Of a stretch of DNA of 10,263 nucleotides, positions 6,791 to 10,263 are shown one piece after another. Origin of the DNA: Candidatus Hodarchaeota archaeon (GTDB lineage: Archaea > Asgardarchaeota > Lokiarchaeia > Sigyniarchaeales > SOKP01); the NCBI GenBank assembly GCA_048887225.1, contig JBHLJY010000025.1, positions 27,112 to 37,374 on the forward strand. Reading direction: 5' to 3'. The notes under the pieces were generated by a model. It had not been told where the DNA came from. It did no database searches and worked only from the letters and a program-made list of their open reading frames with translations. A program made the translations under genes and the position numbers. Position 1 is the stretch's first letter, and each line of letters starts with the position of its first letter.

Positions 6791-8803
6791 TTGATTAAGA
6801 TGGTATTGAATTTGCAAGAGGTTGGTGGTATTGAGAAGGCAACCATGGAAAAGATGAGAGCCATGGGAATAGATTCAGTTGAAAAACTAGCTTCAATCAA
6901 ACTTGAAAATTTATTGAAAATTAGTGGCATTGACAAATCTACGGCGATTAAATATATAACGAACGCTAATAAATTACTTGAAGAAATAAAAGACGACGTA
7001 ATTTCCAAAGGAGAAGAGCCAATTAGCAAAAAAGGAATTTTTGAAGATATTACTCCTATACAAGAACCAAAATTTCGAATTCCTAAAGGAAAAGAACCAA
7101 TAGACAACAAAGCAGTTTTTAAAGATATCACTTCTACGCAAGAACCAAAATTTCGAATTCTTAAAGTAAAGCAACCAAATGATAACAAAGCAGTTTTTGA
7201 AAAAAAAGTATCCTCTAAAGGAGAGATGCCACTAGATAAAAAAGTAAGAAGCCAATTGATAAAAAAATATTTAAGGAATATGCAAGAACCAAAGTTTCGG
7301 ACTCCTAAAGTAAAGGAGTCACACGATACAAAAATAGTTATTGAAAAAAAAGTTTTCCGTAAAGGAAAGGAGCCAATTGATAAAAAAGTAATTATTAAAA
7401 GAAAAGCCCCTTCTAAGTACAAAAAAATTCCTGAACAGTATAGTCCCTCTAAAGCAAAACCAATTAGAGAGGAAATACCTTCAAAAAAAAAACCTAAAAA
7501 GAAAAAAATTCAAGACACATTTTTTCCTCAAGAAATAATGCAAAAAATTCGGTTTTTACATTTTAAAATTAAGCATTTAGAAGAATTTTTACTAAAAGAA
7601 CATGAAGATATTGAATTAGAAGAGCTCAATTATGTATGGGATTATATAAAACTTTTAAATGTCAATTATAAAATTCAAAGTCAAATAAAGATTTTTAAAG
7701 AATTAGATCTTACAACGACCTTTTATGATCCTATTGAAAATAAATATATTAATATATGGGACATAATGTTTGAGTGTACTCGAGTGTTATGGGTGTTAGC
7801 AAGAGTCTATGCTCAACTTTCTGAAAAATATGAACTAGAGAACAATTTGAAAAACGCAACAATTTCGATGGTAGAATGTAGTAAAGCTTATAAAACTGCG
7901 GCACATTTTAGTGCTGCATGTACTCGTCAAGAAGATAAGGGGTTGTCCTTATCTTTTGACAATCTTGAATTGAATTCTGAAGAGGCCCGAATATTTGCCC
8001 AGAGCCTTGCTGCTACAAGAGAAGAAAATAAGAAAAACTTTTTTCTTGCGTCTAAAATGTATGCAGGTTTGAGTGCTTTATCAAAAAGATTGTCATATTT
8101 AAAGGAAAATGATAGCATAAGGAATTATCAATTAAGAGCTCAATCTAATTATGATCTAGGCAAAGCATATAATTTAAAAGCCACTGCAATATTAAAAGAT
8201 TCAGATTTAAATGAAAACGGAGAAAATATTAAGAGACTACGTCAAAAAGCTAACTATCTTTTCTCTAAGGCGGAGGGACTTTGGGAATTCATACGAGATA
8301 ATTTCAATGAACTTTCAAAAAGAGAATTGAATAATATAAGGATTAATTTATCTATTGTTAATGAAGATATTATTGAAAACGATGTAGAGATTCCAGATTT
8401 CGATAAAATTAAAGATATTGAAGAAATTGAGCCATTTATAGCAGTTCCGGAAAATGTAGCGCCTATTGTACCAAGAACTACAATGTATTTAACAAGCTAT
8501 GGTCCTAGAAATCTTGAATTTAATACATTCAAAGAATTTAAAAAGAAGAAATTAGAAACGAATTTTCGTTTAAGCAAAATAGAGAAATTACAAAATAAAA
8601 AAGCAGGAATCGGGCGAGTAATTAAAGAATTAAAAATATTAAATGAAAACAATGACATTGATATAAACACGTTTATTGAACTTTTGGAAAAATACTCGAT
8701 TGAACTCAAAATGGTTGAAAGCGCCATCGATAAATTAAAAAATCCTGATGAGAAGGCCAAAACGGTTAATAGCCAATTTAATAATATTACCGTGAAAAAA
8801 TAA
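6791..8803 (+). CDS. Multidomain protein: HhH (RadA-N/HHH_5-like), K/P-rich repeat linker, BRO1-like domain and C-terminal steadiness-box-like hairpin
   Basis: LQEVGGIEKATMEKMRAMGIDSVEKLA...LLKISGIDKSTA is a tandem HhH. aa ~241-570 align by eye with the BRO1 consensus and aa ~594-651 with the TSG101/Vps23 steadiness box. The track start is TTG 6791; ATG 6800 is an alternative. The CDS and HhH calls are secure; BRO1 and SB are inferred. Confidence 0.75.
   Translation: MIKMVLNLQEVGGIEKATMEKMRAMGIDSVEKLASIKLENLLKISGIDKSTAIKYITNANKLLEEIKDDVISKGEEPISKKGIFEDITPIQEPKFRIPKGKEPIDNKAVFKDITSTQEPKFRILKVKQPNDNKAVFEKKVSSKGEMPLDKKVRSQLIKKYLRNMQEPKFRTPKVKESHDTKIVIEKKVFRKGKEPIDKKVIIKRKAPSKYKKIPEQYSPSKAKPIREEIPSKKKPKKKKIQDTFFPQEIMQKIRFLHFKIKHLEEFLLKEHEDIELEELNYVWDYIKLLNVNYKIQSQIKIFKELDLTTTFYDPIENKYINIWDIMFECTRVLWVLARVYAQLSEKYELENNLKNATISMVECSKAYKTAAHFSAACTRQEDKGLSLSFDNLELNSEEARIFAQSLAATREENKKNFFLASKMYAGLSALSKRLSYLKENDSIRNYQLRAQSNYDLGKAYNLKATAILKDSDLNENGENIKRLRQKANYLFSKAEGLWEFIRDNFNELSKRELNNIRINLSIVNEDIIENDVEIPDFDKIKDIEEIEPFIAVPENVAPIVPRTTMYLTSYGPRNLEFNTFKEFKKKKLETNFRLSKIEKLQNKKAGIGRVIKELKILNENNDIDINTFIELLEKYSIELKMVESAIDKLKNPDEKAKTVNSQFNNITVKK
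7007..7390 (+). repeat. Degenerate coding repeats (QEPKFR x3; KGxEPIDxK-type x4) in the linker of the 670-aa protein
   Basis: CAAGAACCAAA(A/G)TTTCG occurs at 7061, 7139 and 7283 (offsets 78 and 144). 7139-7246 and 7283-7390 encode paralogous 36-aa blocks. Confidence 0.9.
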
Positions 8804-8816
8804 ACTTTAACATTCC

Positions 8817-8850
8817 AATTTCTTTCTCTTTATTCAATTTCATTATTTTT
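8817..8850 (+). terminator. Putative T-rich terminator after the 670-aa gene
   Basis: A pyrimidine/T-rich tract (TTTTCTTTCTCTTTATT...TTATTTTT) begins ~15 nt after the TAA at 8803. Confidence 0.35.
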
Positions 8851-8910
8851 AAAATAATTTTTTAATAGCATAAATGATTGTATTAAATGAATATTAATAT
8901 TACTTTATTT

Positions 8911-8915
8911 GGAGG
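8911..8915 (+). promoter_or_regulatory. Shine-Dalgarno GGAGG
   Basis: GGAGG-CATAT-ATG(8921) in an otherwise very AT-rich spacer. Confidence 0.8.
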
Positions 8916-8920
8916 CATAT

Positions 8921-10263
8921 ATGTCTAAAAAACATGTAGTTTTTCTTAATGCTATTAAGAAATTTTGGTTTTTTCTAGTAATTGGAGTAGTACTCATAAT
9001 CTTTCTATTTAATAGAGAAATTTCAATATGGATTACGATTATTTTCTTGATAGCATTAATTTCATTTTATTTACCGTCTCTTTCATTTAAATCTAGATTA
9101 ATTCGATTTATGAATAAATATAATACAATCGAGGATAAAACGGTTGCTCTAAACTTTAAGCTCCCATTAGAGGATATTAAAGAAAAAATGAATAAATTGT
9201 ATAAAAGTCAGAAAAGGAAAAATTGGCTTATTATATTTTCAACCGATCGCTATATTTTCTTTCGGCAGGACACTATTAGAAAATTTAAAGAACTCTATTA
9301 TAATGGATACAATGAAAAACAAATTTTCGAAAATTTGAAAAAAGATATAAATATTAGGACTAGAGCTGAAATTAAAGTTATAATAGATACATTAAATAAT
9401 CTAAATAAACTCAAAGATATTAAAAAATTAAGAGAAGTAGCGGCCGCAAAACCGAAAAAAGCACCAAAACTGAAAAAAGCACTAAAACTGAAAAAAGCAC
9501 CAAAACTGAAAAAAGCACCAAAACTGAAAAAAGCACCAAAACCTAAAAAAGCACCAAAACCGAAAAAACTGCCAAAACCTAAAGAAATCGAGATAGAAAT
9601 GGCATTAAAAAAAGCGGACAAACTTCACATAAAACTAATGAGATTAGATAACAAATGGCAAAAACTTGACGAAAAATATCCGAAAGATTTAGAGAAAATT
9701 CAACAACACGGTGAGCCAATTCTAGAAGAAATGATGCAATATATTGACGAAATACAAAAAATAAATATAAAATCTTTAGCAGCAAAAAAAATAATCGATA
9801 GTTGGATTCGCACATATCAATCACGAAAGGTTGCTATTGAAGAATATCGAAAAAAGCGAAAAGAAGTTTTTAAAGATATATATAGTGAATCACATGAAAT
9901 AGAACAACAGCAACTAATTGAAAGGGCAACTCTTATCAAGCCTAAGGTACCAGGTGTTCCTAAAGTCGCTAAAAAAACAATTAAACCAATTGAAATAGCT
10001 ACTCTTGTCAAACCTAAGGTACCAAAAGCTAAAAAACCAATTAAATCAATTAAAATAGATGAGAAACAGCAATCTACATATGAAAAAGTGGATTTGGCTC
10101 AATATATAAAAAAAATTTCAAAAATTTCTATAAATCTAGAAGATCAAAAGCAAAATGAAATAACTATCACTTCAGATTTATTAGACGACAATGGGGAATT
10201 AATTCAAAGAGGATGGTCTCGAAAACCAATTCTAAATTACAATCGGGAAAAAATTAAAGCTGG
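8921..10263 (+). CDS. 3'-partial membrane protein (at least 447 aa): 2 TM, winged-helix-like region, K/P repeats, MIT-like domain and DUF2804 N-terminus
   Basis: Translated by hand: MSKKHVVFLNAIKKFWFFLVIGVVLIIFLFNREISIWITIIFLIALISFYLP... stays open to the window edge. It is absent from the track, presumably because it has no stop in the window. Strong SD. The final segment QNEITITSDLLDDNGELIQRGWSRKPILNYNREKIKA (from 10151) matches the recalled DUF2804 N-terminal pattern QxEIT...LLDxxGxL...GW(A/S)RxP.L.YNR..IKA. Confidence 0.88.
   Translation, partial: MSKKHVVFLNAIKKFWFFLVIGVVLIIFLFNREISIWITIIFLIALISFYLPSLSFKSRLIRFMNKYNTIEDKTVALNFKLPLEDIKEKMNKLYKSQKRKNWLIIFSTDRYIFFRQDTIRKFKELYYNGYNEKQIFENLKKDINIRTRAEIKVIIDTLNNLNKLKDIKKLREVAAAKPKKAPKLKKALKLKKAPKLKKAPKLKKAPKPKKAPKPKKLPKPKEIEIEMALKKADKLHIKLMRLDNKWQKLDEKYPKDLEKIQQHGEPILEEMMQYIDEIQKINIKSLAAKKIIDSWIRTYQSRKVAIEEYRKKRKEVFKDIYSESHEIEQQQLIERATLIKPKVPGVPKVAKKTIKPIEIATLVKPKVPKAKKPIKSIKIDEKQQSTYEKVDLAQYIKKISKISINLEDQKQNEITITSDLLDDNGELIQRGWSRKPILNYNREKIKA
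9449..9583 (+). repeat. 18-bp tandem repeat, 7.5 copies, encoding K(P/L)KKAP
   Basis: Consensus AAACTGAAAAAAGCACCA. Units read KPKKAP KLKKAL KLKKAP KLKKAP KLKKAP KPKKAP KPKKLP KPK; units 3-5 (9485-9538) are identical. Confidence 0.97.
9926..10060 (+). repeat. Imperfect 2-copy coding duplication (72-nt offset)
   Basis: ATLIKPKVPGVPKVAKKTIKPIEI versus ATLVKPKVP----KAKKPIKSIKI; both copies contain CCTAAGGTACCA. Confidence 0.85.

Noticed and set aside
6791-6985. radA/Rad51 call
   Set aside because: Only the N-terminal HhH resembles RadA. No Walker A/B ATPase core follows.
6718-8760. Antisense ORFs of 234, 66, 63 and 87 aa
   Set aside because: Phe/Leu/Ser-rich mirror translations of the Lys-rich sense gene.
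9440-9447. GCGGCCGC palindrome (NotI site) in AT-rich DNA
   Set aside because: Explained by three Ala codons; no vector sequence nearby.
9449-9583. CRISPR array
   Set aside because: Head-to-tail in-frame repeats with no spacers and no cas genes.
9947-9961. MIM2-like motif VPGVP after the MIT-like domain
   Set aside because: It fits (L/V)PxVP but lies in a basic Pro-rich low-complexity duplication and is absent from the second copy, so chance is likely.
9298-10011. Minus-strand ORFs of 107, 81 and 64 aa (FSFGAF repeats)
   Set aside because: Antisense to the SD-led 8921 ORF. The repeat is simply the reverse complement of KLKKAP.

Overview
AT-rich archaeal-type window, most likely from an Asgard archaeon (Lokiarchaeia-like; inferred from the repeat style of the surface protein and the ESCRT-like domains). 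It holds five protein genes. (1) A giant 5'-truncated surface protein (<2..4714, at least 1570 aa) with 15 complete Ig-like repeats arranged in a six-domain super-repeat and a C-terminal double-TM anchor. (2) A membrane-anchored Cys/His-containing hypothetical protein (-). (3) A DUF2299-like protein (-). (4) A 670-aa protein: helix-hairpin-helix, K/P-rich repeats, BRO1-like domain and steadiness-box-like hairpin. (5) An ORF missed by the track (8921..>10263): 2 TM, winged-helix-like region, (KxKKAP)n repeat, MIT-like domain and the start of DUF2804. The main candidate for a new system is the adjacent pair 4 and 5, which seem to join ESCRT adaptor-like domains (BRO1, steadiness box, MIT) to nucleic-acid-binding and membrane modules. 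All domain calls come from by-eye alignment to remembered family consensus sequences and need HMM or structure confirmation.
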